A stretch of 36,502 nt of DNA from a virus (IMGVR_UViG_3300020044_006674:1-36502), one strand, 5' to 3'; numbered from the stretch's first letter, positions 8,577 through 16,754 are shown. Numbers and translations are program-made. Notes: generated by a model not told the origin, from the sequence alone.

Positions 8577-8836
8577 AAGCACCAAAAACAATGCCTGAGT
8601 TGCGCGAAGCACTGGCCTTCATCATGGCGGGCGCAATCAATGGCGACATCAAGCAAGACGAGGGCCGGATGGCTCTAAACGCCGCCACTCGAATCATTGA
8701 ATCTGTGCAGGCTGAAACAAGGGCTAGAGCTTTGGCGTTCGCTACCAATCAAGTGATTGAGCCGACCATGCAACTCACGGGAAACATTTTCACCCTCCGG
8801 CCAGTTGAGGATATTCAGATTGGTTTGAAGTCGTGA
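8573..8836 (+). CDS. Hypothetical phage protein
   Basis: GGAG RBS; overlap coupling with neighbours. Confidence 0.7.
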   Translation: MKAPKTMPELREALAFIMAGAINGDIKQDEGRMALNAATRIIESVQAETRARALAFATNQVIEPTMQLTGNIFTLRPVEDIQIGLKS

Positions 8837-9339
8837 GTACATCACTTTTCACACTCACAAACCAATATCTGCAACTCGCCCAAACGCTTGCAGACGGTGA
8901 CTTTGATCTGACAACAATCGCAGACACGATTGAGGCTAGCGGGTTAACCGATGACATTGCCGTCAAAGCTCAAAATCTGGAATATGTCGCCCGCAGTGCT
9001 GAGACATACCTGCCAGCGATTGACGCTGAGATAGCCCGCCTGACAGCGTTAAAGGCCCATCGCGTGAAGGTTGCGCAAGGGCTGCGAGACTATCTGATGA
9101 GCAGCATGGTAAGGATGCAGATTGAGCGCATCGAATGCCCAATGTTTGCGATAAGCATCAGAAGCAACCCGCCATCTGTTGATGTGTTTGACGCATTGCA
9201 GATACCCGCTGAGTTCATGGTGACGCCTGAGCCACCGCCAGCGCGGCCAGATAAGAAGGCAATCGGCACAGCGCTGAGAGTCGGCCATGAGATACCTGGC
9301 GCTCGTTTAACACAAGGGCAAAGGCTGGTGATCAAATGA
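8833..9339 (+). CDS. Siphovirus Gp157-family protein
   Basis: SLFTLT..Y, IDAEIARL, SIRSNPPSV, IPAEF, PDKKAI, IPGARL. Confidence 0.88.
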   Translation: MSTSLFTLTNQYLQLAQTLADGDFDLTTIADTIEASGLTDDIAVKAQNLEYVARSAETYLPAIDAEIARLTALKAHRVKVAQGLRDYLMSSMVRMQIERIECPMFAISIRSNPPSVDVFDALQIPAEFMVTPEPPPARPDKKAIGTALRVGHEIPGARLTQGQRLVIK

Positions 9340-9530
9340 GTAAGCCATTAAAAGCGCGTGAGTTTGCCAGAAAGCATGTTGAATTCTGGCAGCGCACAAA
9401 CGACAGGGAGGTTAGCGAAGGCCGGCCCGCTTACTCACTTGAGCACATGCTTGGTGCAGCGTGGCGCACTGGCTACGACGCTGGACAAAACCACCAGCGC
9501 AAACTGCAAAGAGAGAAGGTGATTAAGTGA
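9336..9530 (+). CDS. Hypothetical protein
   Basis: ATGA coupling. Confidence 0.6.
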   Translation: MSKPLKAREFARKHVEFWQRTNDREVSEGRPAYSLEHMLGAAWRTGYDAGQNHQRKLQREKVIK

Positions 9531-9700
9531 CACGCTTTGCCAAGCCATCCGACACGCTCACCGAGAACCAACTCGCAGGCGTGCGCAGCTTAGGCGAGTC
9601 GCACAGCCGCCCAGCCAATGCCGTGCCGCACCGTTTGATTGTGGGGCCGATGAAAGCACCGCGCTACAAGCCGCCCAAGTGGGTAGCGCCAATCCGATAA
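9527..9700 (+). CDS. Small hypothetical protein (57 aa)
   Basis: GTGA overlap with the upstream stop; ends just before a terminator. Confidence 0.4.
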   Translation: MTRFAKPSDTLTENQLAGVRSLGESHSRPANAVPHRLIVGPMKAPRYKPPKWVAPIR

Positions 9701-9706
9701 ACACAG

Positions 9707-9728
9707 CCGCACCCGATGCGGTTTTTTT
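9707..9728 (+). terminator. Intrinsic terminator
   Basis: ccgca-cccga-tgcgg followed by a T run. Confidence 0.6.
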
Positions 9729-9741
9729 ACGAGTATTCACA

Positions 9742-12561
9742 ATGAGCAACTACGACGATTTCATCAAGCGCAAAGCGACTGAGGATGTCGAATCAGGTTT
9801 TGAACCTTCGCAGCTTGGCGATCATCTATTTGATTTTCAGGCATCAATTGTGGAGTGGGCGTGCAAGCGTGGCCGGGCTGCAATCTTCGCTGATACCGGC
9901 CTTGGCAAGACTGCCATGCAAACCGAGTGGGCACGCCAAGTGTCTGAGCATACTGGTGGGCGCGTATTGATTGCGGCCCCTCTATGCGTGGCACAGCAGA
10001 CCGTCGAGGAAGCTGCCAAGTTTGGCATCCACATTCAGTATTGCCGCCATCCGTCAGAGATTGGTAGCAGCACAATGATTGTGATTACCAATTACGAGAT
10101 GATTGAGAAGTTCGATCCGGCTGAGTTCGTCGGCATTGTGCTAGACGAGTCATCCATTCTCAAAAGCCACACCAGCAAGACCCGCGCACTCATCATTGAG
10201 ATGTTTCAGCGCACGCCCTACCGCCTAAGTTGTACCGCTACGCCATCTCCTAATGACCACATGGAGCTTGGCAATCAAGCCGAGTTCTTAGGTGTGATGA
10301 CCAGCGTTGAAATGCTCGCCATGTTCTTTGTGCATGACGGTGGCGACACTTCGCAATGGCGACTAAAGGGCCACGGAAAGACTCGGTTTTGGGAGTGGAT
10401 GGCTACTTGGTCAATCTGCATCCGTAACCCTGCTGATTTGGGATTTGATGGCGCACGCTACAACCTGCCTGGACTCAAGATGCATGAGCATGTTGTCGAA
10501 TCTGGCGAGCCTTTGGATGGGCAGCTATTCGCAGGCATTGCGCAGACGTTGACAGAGCGCAGAAAAGCAAAAAAAGACTCAATGGATGAGAGGGTTGAAA
10601 AAGTTGTATTGCTAATTAAGTCTGAAAATGCTAAACTGGCAGCACTTTATAAGGATGCTGAAAATGGCTTGGAAACCAGAATACACAGAGAACCGCAAAG
10701 CGCGAGAGGCTGCGAATCCGGATCTAAAAGAAAAGCACTTGGCGTCTGCAAAGCAGAGCCAGGAAAAGAACAGGGATGCTCGCAAGGAATACATGAAGGC
10801 GTATTACGCTGCGAACCCAGAGAAGTTTACAAAGCGCAAACCGGAGAATCAGGCGAAGCACAACGCGAAACGCAGGCTGGAATATTTGGAAAATCCAGAG
10901 TTGAGGGAGAAGATCAAAGCACAGGCGAGAGAGTGGAGCTTGGCAAACCCAGAGAAGAAGAAGGATCAAAGACTTCGATTGACTCACGGAATAAGCCGGA
11001 TGGATTTTCTAGAGATGCTGGCGATTCAGAACAATTGCTGCGCGATATGCGGTTACACAGCGGAGAAGCACGGGACGATGTGGCCGGTAGTGGATCACTG
11101 CCATGTGACTGGGAAAATACGCGGACTGCTTTGCATGAATTGCAACCAAGCACTCGGGAAATTCAAGGACAACTATGCCAACATTCTGACGGCAGCCATG
11201 TATCTACAAAGAAATTTATAGTCTGGTGTCACCTTAACTCAGAGCAGGATGCCATCTTCTCTGAGTTGAAAAAAGCAGGAATAAGCGCCGTATCAATCCA
11301 AGGGTCTACGCCATCCGATAAGCGAATCGAGTGGGAGCATGACTGGCGCGCGGGGAATACACAAGTCCTGATTTCAAAGCCATCTGTTTTTGGATGGGGG
11401 ATGAATTGGCAGCATTGCAGCGATATGGTTTTTGCGGGCTTGGATGACTCTTACGAGAGCTTTTATCAAGCCATCCGGCGCTGTTACCGATTCGGGCAAT
11501 CCAAGATTGTGAATGTGCATCTTGTGTCTGCTGAATCAGAAGGCGCAGTTAAAGCGAATCTTGAGCGAAAACAAGCGCAGGCCGACGATATGGCGCAAAG
11601 CATGGTTGACCACATGCGCGAATTGACAAAGCAAAAAATCAAAGGATTGACGATGGAAAAGAGCGAGTACAAGCGCGAAGTGGCGCAGGGCGAAGGCTGG
11701 ACGGTGCACCTTGGGGACTGCGTAGAGGTGGCGCGGGAGATGCCTGATAACAGCGTGGATTACAGCGTGTTTTCACCGCCATTTGCCAGCCTCTACACAT
11801 ACAGCAACAGTGACCGCGACATGGGCAACTGCAAATCAACCAGCGAGTTTTACGATCATTTCCGGTTCTTGGTGAAAGAGTTGCTACGAGTGGTCAAGCC
11901 CGGTCGCCTGCTGTCGTTTCATTGCATGGACTTGCAGACCAGCAAGTTCCGGGATGGTGTGATTGGCTTGCATGACTTCACCGGCGAATTGACGCGCATG
12001 TTCACCGAAGAAGGATGGATTTATCACAGCAAAGTGACGATCTGGAAAGATCCGGTAACAGCCATGCAGCGCACGAAGGCACTTGGCCTGCTTCACAAGA
12101 CAATCCGCAAAGACAGCAGCATGAGCCGCCAGGGTATTGCTGACTACCTTGTGACGGTGCGAAAGCCAGGTGATAACGCTGAACCGATCAGCCACACACA
12201 TGAGACGTTCCCGGTTAGCAAATGGCAAAACTATGCTTCTCCCGTTTGGATGGATATCAACCCATCGCGCACATTGCAATTCAAGACTGCCCGCGAATCA
12301 GATGACGAGCGCCACATTTGCCCGCTACAGCTTGACGTCATCGAGCGTGCGATGGAGCTTTGGAGCAACCCCGGCGATCTGGTGTTTTCACCATTTACCG
12401 GCATTGGCTCAGAGGGGCATGTGTCTATTGAGATGGGACGCCGGTTTGTCGGTAGCGAGTTAAAGCGCAGTTATTGGGAGCTGGCAAAGCGCAACTTGAG
12501 CGAAGCCCGCGAGACACAAGCATCAGGATTGTTCGCAGCCGAAGAACTGGAGGCCGCATGA
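9742..12561 (+). CDS. SNF2/SF2 helicase fused to an N4C/N6A DNA methyltransferase, with an ~196 aa in-frame insert
   Basis: DTGLGKT, LDESS, TATP, FIVWC, GWGMNWQ, QAIRRCYRFGQ; C-terminal GDC, SPPF, HICPLQ, SPFTGIGS (beta-class motif order). Confidence 0.88.
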   Translation: MSNYDDFIKRKATEDVESGFEPSQLGDHLFDFQASIVEWACKRGRAAIFADTGLGKTAMQTEWARQVSEHTGGRVLIAAPLCVAQQTVEEAAKFGIHIQYCRHPSEIGSSTMIVITNYEMIEKFDPAEFVGIVLDESSILKSHTSKTRALIIEMFQRTPYRLSCTATPSPNDHMELGNQAEFLGVMTSVEMLAMFFVHDGGDTSQWRLKGHGKTRFWEWMATWSICIRNPADLGFDGARYNLPGLKMHEHVVESGEPLDGQLFAGIAQTLTERRKAKKDSMDERVEKVVLLIKSENAKLAALYKDAENGLETRIHREPQSARGCESGSKRKALGVCKAEPGKEQGCSQGIHEGVLRCEPREVYKAQTGESGEAQRETQAGIFGKSRVEGEDQSTGERVELGKPREEEGSKTSIDSRNKPDGFSRDAGDSEQLLRDMRLHSGEARDDVAGSGSLPCDWENTRTALHELQPSTREIQGQLCQHSDGSHVSTKKFIVWCHLNSEQDAIFSELKKAGISAVSIQGSTPSDKRIEWEHDWRAGNTQVLISKPSVFGWGMNWQHCSDMVFAGLDDSYESFYQAIRRCYRFGQSKIVNVHLVSAESEGAVKANLERKQAQADDMAQSMVDHMRELTKQKIKGLTMEKSEYKREVAQGEGWTVHLGDCVEVAREMPDNSVDYSVFSPPFASLYTYSNSDRDMGNCKSTSEFYDHFRFLVKELLRVVKPGRLLSFHCMDLQTSKFRDGVIGLHDFTGELTRMFTEEGWIYHSKVTIWKDPVTAMQRTKALGLLHKTIRKDSSMSRQGIADYLVTVRKPGDNAEPISHTHETFPVSKWQNYASPVWMDINPSRTLQFKTARESDDERHICPLQLDVIERAMELWSNPGDLVFSPFTGIGSEGHVSIEMGRRFVGSELKRSYWELAKRNLSEARETQASGLFAAEELEAA
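10609..10655 (+). promoter_or_regulatory. Candidate internal sigma70 promoter and RBS for the nested endonuclease
   Basis: TTGCTA(10609)-17bp-TAAACT(10632) with extended-10 TG at 10629-10630; AAGGA at 10651-10655. Confidence 0.55.
10664..11221 (+). CDS. Endonuclease VII-family (His-Me finger) putative homing endonuclease, nested in the +1 frame of the helicase gene
   Basis: HGIS...QNNCCAIC...VVDHCHVTGKIRGLLCMNCNQALGKFKDN...AAMYL; basic N-terminal repeats ending in NPE. Confidence 0.9.
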   Translation: MAWKPEYTENRKAREAANPDLKEKHLASAKQSQEKNRDARKEYMKAYYAANPEKFTKRKPENQAKHNAKRRLEYLENPELREKIKAQAREWSLANPEKKKDQRLRLTHGISRMDFLEMLAIQNNCCAICGYTAEKHGTMWPVVDHCHVTGKIRGLLCMNCNQALGKFKDNYANILTAAMYLQRNL

Positions 12562-13064
12562 TCCACCACGCCACCCAATCCCACACACCAGCCCGCCGCG
12601 CCAATGAGGGCTCATCATGCATAGTTTGGCAAGGTGCTCACAGCCACGGCGCACCCGCCGTATGGGCCAACGGGAAAACACAACTGCTTAGGCGCGTTAT
12701 TTGGCAAAGCGGGAAAGGCGATATACCAGAAGGCATGGTTGTTCGAATGAGGTGCGCCACGCAATCATGCGTAAACCTTGAGTGCATGGAATTGATGACA
12801 CGCGGCGAAATGTCAAGAATTGGCGGCATCAAGGGGGCGATTGATAAGCCAGAGTCACTCGCCAAGCGCGGCCAAGAGCTACCCCACTCAAAGCTACTTG
12901 ACATCGACGTTATCAGCATCAGAAGCGCCGTCAGACAGCGCCAGAACTTGCTGACGTACATCAGAGACAACCTGAGCAATGATGCGCTGTGCAAGCAGTA
13001 TGGCGTGTCTGAGCATGTGATTTCAAGGACAGTGAGTTATCAGAGTTACGGGCATATCGCATGA
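12558..13064 (+). CDS. Degenerate HNH-fold protein with a C-terminal HTH-like region
   Basis: CIVWQGA...IPEGMVVRMRCATQSCVNLECM retains the HNH_3 scaffold but lacks the His residues; GGAGG RBS. Confidence 0.65.
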   Translation: MIHHATQSHTPARRANEGSSCIVWQGAHSHGAPAVWANGKTQLLRRVIWQSGKGDIPEGMVVRMRCATQSCVNLECMELMTRGEMSRIGGIKGAIDKPESLAKRGQELPHSKLLDIDVISIRSAVRQRQNLLTYIRDNLSNDALCKQYGVSEHVISRTVSYQSYGHIA

Positions 13065-13393
13065 GAAAGCAATACACAAGCCCATTTTGGCCGAGCGCCG
13101 AAAAGATGGAGCTAGACAGGCAGCTAAGCAACTACTTGATCTGGATGCACATGCTAGATGAAGGCCAGCCAGTAGGTGATGGCTTTGTGATGCTGCGCGT
13201 ACTGTGCGAAGCTTTTAAAGCGCCATGCACGGCAGCAGCAATCAAAGTGATGGACGAGGCGAAAGAGCGTGGCACATGGCACAAGGCTGACTTGCTGCCA
13301 CTTGTGACAGCGATCAATTTAATTCACGGCAGGCCAATGTTGAGCAAGCAAGACGCTCAGCGGGTGCTGAAGATTCAAGGACTAGCAACATGA
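13061..13393 (+). CDS. Hypothetical protein
   Basis: ATGA coupling. Confidence 0.65.
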   Translation: MRKQYTSPFWPSAEKMELDRQLSNYLIWMHMLDEGQPVGDGFVMLRVLCEAFKAPCTAAAIKVMDEAKERGTWHKADLLPLVTAINLIHGRPMLSKQDAQRVLKIQGLAT

Positions 13394-13977
13394 CAGAACA
13401 AGAAATAGAACAAGCCCGCGCTGATGTTGACCAGCTTGATATCGAGCAATTGCGCTGTGGCGTGTTGCTGCAACTGCTGCACATCGAGGCGATCAAAAAA
13501 GAGCGTGACGAGTGGTTGGCAAGGCACGCAGAGTGCTGCCGTTTGATGGGCGAGTGTATGCAAGACCGAGCGGATATGGCAACAGAGCGTGACACCCTCG
13601 CTCTTGAAGTCGATCAGTGGAGAGTTGACTTTCACGAACTGAGCCTTGAGCGTGACGCACTGGCAGAAGACGCAGCTCGGTATCGCTGGCTGCGATCCAG
13701 TAGACACAACGATGCAACAGTGATGACGTATGTTGACGGACTTGATGATTGGGTTGCGTGGGCTGACGGTGAAGATGTTGACACCTCAGTCGATACGGCA
13801 ATGAGTCAGGCGGGTGTGTCGGTAGAGCGTGACGCACTTGCAGCGGCTGCAAAGCTGGCACTTGATTCTGCTGTAGACGTATACGCTACATGCGATCGGT
13901 ATGGAAATGGCGATCAAAAGGCAATGGAGTCTCTATCAAAAGCTATCACAGCACTACGTCAGGCGGGTGTGCAATGA
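13390..13977 (+). CDS. Mosaic coiled-coil accessory protein (Ead/Ea22-like)
   Basis: Repeated ERD heptads and a DAARYRWLR motif. Confidence 0.7.
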   Translation: MTEQEIEQARADVDQLDIEQLRCGVLLQLLHIEAIKKERDEWLARHAECCRLMGECMQDRADMATERDTLALEVDQWRVDFHELSLERDALAEDAARYRWLRSSRHNDATVMTYVDGLDDWVAWADGEDVDTSVDTAMSQAGVSVERDALAAAAKLALDSAVDVYATCDRYGNGDQKAMESLSKAITALRQAGVQ

Positions 13978-14126
13978 AACCCCGCATAACCAAAGAAATG
14001 TCGGCACTCTACCGTTGCCAAATGTGGTTTTGCCGTGGCGCTGGCTGCCTTGGCGTAGCCCGCGACCCAACTCTAGCCTACTGGGACTGGAAGTGGCGCG
14101 TTAACGAGAAAGCGAGGATGCAATGA
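13974..14126 (+). CDS. Small hypothetical protein (50 aa)
   Basis: ATGA overlaps; MKPRI...WFC...G...P..AY.DW. Confidence 0.65.
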   Translation: MKPRITKEMSALYRCQMWFCRGAGCLGVARDPTLAYWDWKWRVNEKARMQ

Positions 14127-14323
14127 GCTTGCCGACCCTATCAAGAAACAAAGCACTAGAGCAAGCCTGCGGGTTTGATGCCCTTCACTATGGCGAAGCA
14201 CTGGCTTACGGCCAAGCCTGCCGAGATGCTGCACTTGAAGAAGCTGCAATGGCCGCTGAAAACGGTTTTAAATATGCACTCGATGGCTATCAGATTGCCG
14301 ACAAAATCAGGAGCTTGAAATGA
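14123..14323 (+). CDS. Hypothetical protein
   Basis: RDAALEEAA...IADKIRSLK motif; coupled to neighbours. Confidence 0.7.
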   Translation: MSLPTLSRNKALEQACGFDALHYGEALAYGQACRDAALEEAAMAAENGFKYALDGYQIADKIRSLK

Positions 14324-14604
14324 CAGAGCACAGCGACGAATTTAAAGCGTGGCACGCAAAGCGATCTGCATCTTTAATCAAAAGCGCGGATGAGTTGGCC
14401 GCTGAGTATGTAAAAGATGGCTTCAACGACTCAGGCGCGACCAGAAGAACCGCGCTTTTAGAAGTCTTTGGAGCGGCGGATGGCAGTGGCTGGAGCGCAT
14501 GGCAGGCGGGCCGAGAGTCTGCCCTGCTGGACGCCATGAACGCCACTCTCGCATTTGGAAAAACCGGAGCCGTGATAGCGGCTGCAATCGGAGCATTGAA
14601 ATGA
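14320..14604 (+). CDS. Hypothetical protein
   Basis: AGGAG RBS; coupled to neighbours. Confidence 0.7.
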   Translation: MTEHSDEFKAWHAKRSASLIKSADELAAEYVKDGFNDSGATRRTALLEVFGAADGSGWSAWQAGRESALLDAMNATLAFGKTGAVIAAAIGALK

Positions 14605-14903
14605 CACCACTAGAAAAGCTAAACCGGCGAGAAGCAAAGCCAATGCTGATTGCCCGCCTGATGACAGAGGCTTGCGGCAAAGCGCATCACGTAAGTCTGC
14701 CCGATGCACTGGAGTTTAGGCGCGATCAGTACGGGCTTTCAGCAAAGGAATTTGGGATGCTGATTAACCTATCGCAGTCGCATTACAGCGAAGTAATACA
14801 CGGATTGAGGGATTTGCCCATCAAGTCTGTAAAGCGTGCATTTGCAATCGGAGTACCAGCCGAAGTTCTTTTGTCACCATCACCACTCCGGGGGGAGATA
14901 TGA
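14601..14903 (+). CDS. XRE/HigA-like HTH protein
   Basis: DALEFRRDQYGL...SHYSEVIHGLRDLPI...GVPAEVLL. Confidence 0.7.
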   Translation: MTPLEKLNRREAKPMLIARLMTEACGKAHHVSLPDALEFRRDQYGLSAKEFGMLINLSQSHYSEVIHGLRDLPIKSVKRAFAIGVPAEVLLSPSPLRGEI

Positions 14904-15403
14904 CACCCCTACAACAAGCAGCACAAGCAGTCATAGCCCGCTGGGAATCGCCAAAATGGAAAGACGAAGCACCCACTGCGGTTGTGATCGGCGCACTTCT
15001 GAAGGCATTGACTGACGAGCAAGCTCAGTCGGTGGAGCCTGTGGCTTGGATGCACCCTAGTCGTGATCCGCATTTACTCAGCCACAGCGCCTATACCTAC
15101 GGCAGCGCGTCAGTGCCTCTATATCTGCACCCATCCCCACCAGCCGGTGAGCGTGTGAAGGTTGGAGATAGTCAATTTGAAAGCTGGTACTCCGAACTGC
15201 AACAAGCAGGCAAAGGCAGCAAGCAAATTGCGAGAGAGGCTTACGAGGCAGGACTAAATGAGGCGCAGCAAGTAGCAGTGCCGATGACTGAGGCTCAAAT
15301 ATTCGCTTGCGACCCAGTTCCTCACGTCATGTTTGATCAGCAGCGCATTGATTTTGCCCGCGCCATAGAAGCCTTCCACGGCATCACGGGAGCAAAGTCA
15401 TGA
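14900..15403 (+). CDS. Mosaic hypothetical protein
   Basis: EPVAW, PLY and FARAIEA.HGI modules typical of lambdoid accessory genes. Confidence 0.7.
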   Translation: MTPLQQAAQAVIARWESPKWKDEAPTAVVIGALLKALTDEQAQSVEPVAWMHPSRDPHLLSHSAYTYGSASVPLYLHPSPPAGERVKVGDSQFESWYSELQQAGKGSKQIAREAYEAGLNEAQQVAVPMTEAQIFACDPVPHVMFDQQRIDFARAIEAFHGITGAKS

Positions 15404-15618
15404 CCTCGACAGAAGAAATCTTGCTCAACGAAATGCGCTATATCGCGTCAATCAGCACAGGGCAAGTCAAGCGAACAGCCAAAAATGCACTGGCAATAGT
15501 CGCTGCGATAAATACGCCGCCTGCCACGAAACCAGATTCACGGCCACAAAACTGCGGCAGCAATCATTGCTCATGTATTGAGTGCCCGTATCCAAAAACC
15601 GACTGGAGTGCAGCTTGA
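15400..15618 (+). CDS. Hypothetical protein, Cys-rich C-terminus
   Basis: ATGA coupling; NCGSNHCSCIEC. Confidence 0.6.
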   Translation: MTSTEEILLNEMRYIASISTGQVKRTAKNALAIVAAINTPPATKPDSRPQNCGSNHCSCIECPYPKTDWSAA

Positions 15619-15620
15619 GC

Positions 15621-16040
15621 ATGCTGAAAAATGAAATACCCGCCGCTTTAGCGAAGCACGGACCCCAGTCAAACGAGGGCTTGCGGCAGGTGTGTCCGGG
15701 CGCTTCAAGAAGTGGCGTTCACCGGGTGCTGCAAGAAATGAAAGACGCCCGTGCAATACACATCGTCGGGTATGTGCGATCAAACGACCGAGTGGGCGGG
15801 GCGCATGTCCCGATCTACGCGCTGGGCAATCTGCCCGATGTCGCAAAGCCAGTGACTAGGAAAGAGCAGCAGGCTGCACGCAAGATTGAGGCGCTGATAA
15901 AGCCCGAGAAGATCAAGCCAGCGCCAAAGGACACCGGCAGGCCGGTAATACTGCGGTTTGCAATAAAGCCAATGGCAAAGCCTGAGCCAATGCGGGCAAG
16001 GCCGCAACCTGCTGGTATGTGGTCGGGGCTGATGGCATGA
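15621..16040 (+). CDS. Winged-HTH-like hypothetical protein
   Basis: HTH-like N-terminus, IHIVGY...PIYALG, basic tail. Confidence 0.6.
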   Translation: MLKNEIPAALAKHGPQSNEGLRQVCPGASRSGVHRVLQEMKDARAIHIVGYVRSNDRVGGAHVPIYALGNLPDVAKPVTRKEQQAARKIEALIKPEKIKPAPKDTGRPVILRFAIKPMAKPEPMRARPQPAGMWSGLMA

Positions 16041-16243
16041 CGCACAAGCTGAGCAGCGATGGCGCGGCAGTGGTTGCGCCCGAGTTCCACTGGTTGCCGA
16101 TTGACGAACACACGCCACGCGGTAAGAGCGTGCTGCTGATCAATAAAGCATCCGGCGTGCTTCAAAAAGGGCAGCACAGCCCGGGCGAAACATTTTTCAC
16201 GCATTGGGCACCAAACCCGACATTTAAAAAGGATAGCAAATGA
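16037..16243 (+). CDS. DUF551-like hypothetical protein
   Basis: WLPIDEHTPRG..VLL...FTHWAP.P pattern. Confidence 0.6.
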   Translation: MTHKLSSDGAAVVAPEFHWLPIDEHTPRGKSVLLINKASGVLQKGQHSPGETFFTHWAPNPTFKKDSK

Positions 16244-16446
16244 ATTTTCCGTGTTGGCACAAATGGGGCAAGTACAGCGACCCGGTAAACGGGATTGCTT
16301 CCACAACAAACTCAAGCCACGGCTATTTCAAAGTTCTGCAAATGCGAACTTGCGACAAATGCGGAATCGCGCAGATCAGGCCACTCGGAAACATGCGCAG
16401 CATTGACTCGCTGCGAGACGAATCACAGAATAGGACATTCAAATGA
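16240..16446 (+). CDS. Small putative Zn-binding protein
   Basis: CWHKW...RTCDKCG. Confidence 0.6.
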   Translation: MNFPCWHKWGKYSDPVNGIASTTNSSHGYFKVLQMRTCDKCGIAQIRPLGNMRSIDSLRDESQNRTFK

Positions 16447-16754
16447 GTTACGGCAAATACGAAATGAAGGTTTTGCAATGGGGCATGGATCGCGGCATCG
16501 TGCAGCACGGCAAGCCAATCGGCCAAGCAATCAAGACGCTTGAGGAGGTGACTGAGTTACTTGACGCGATCAACCGGGGTGACATGCCAGAGATCAAAGA
16601 TGCTGTCGGTGATGTCGTTGTCACACTCATCATGTGCTGTGCAACCTTGGGCATTGATCTGACAGAGTGCTTGGCGGGTGCTTATGACCAGATTAAAGAT
16701 CGGCGGGGCAGGCTTACGGCTGAAGGCGTGTTTTTGAAAGAGGTGGCGGCGTGA
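16443..16754 (+). CDS. MazG-like nucleotide pyrophosphohydrolase
   Basis: KTLEEVTEL...IKDAVGDVVVTL...AYDQIKDRRG. Confidence 0.85.
   Translation: MSYGKYEMKVLQWGMDRGIVQHGKPIGQAIKTLEEVTELLDAINRGDMPEIKDAVGDVVVTLIMCCATLGIDLTECLAGAYDQIKDRRGRLTAEGVFLKEVAA

Noticed and set aside
10624-11211. Intein or group I/II intron as the explanation for the helicase insert
   Set aside because: No intein terminal motifs in the host frame, and the nuclease is out of frame. The nuclease ORF fills essentially the whole insert, leaving no room for a ribozyme core. Not excluded experimentally.
10619-11225. AGTCTG at both insert ends as a target duplication or hop site
   Set aside because: Only 6 bp, and the two copies are in different codon phases of the host frame.
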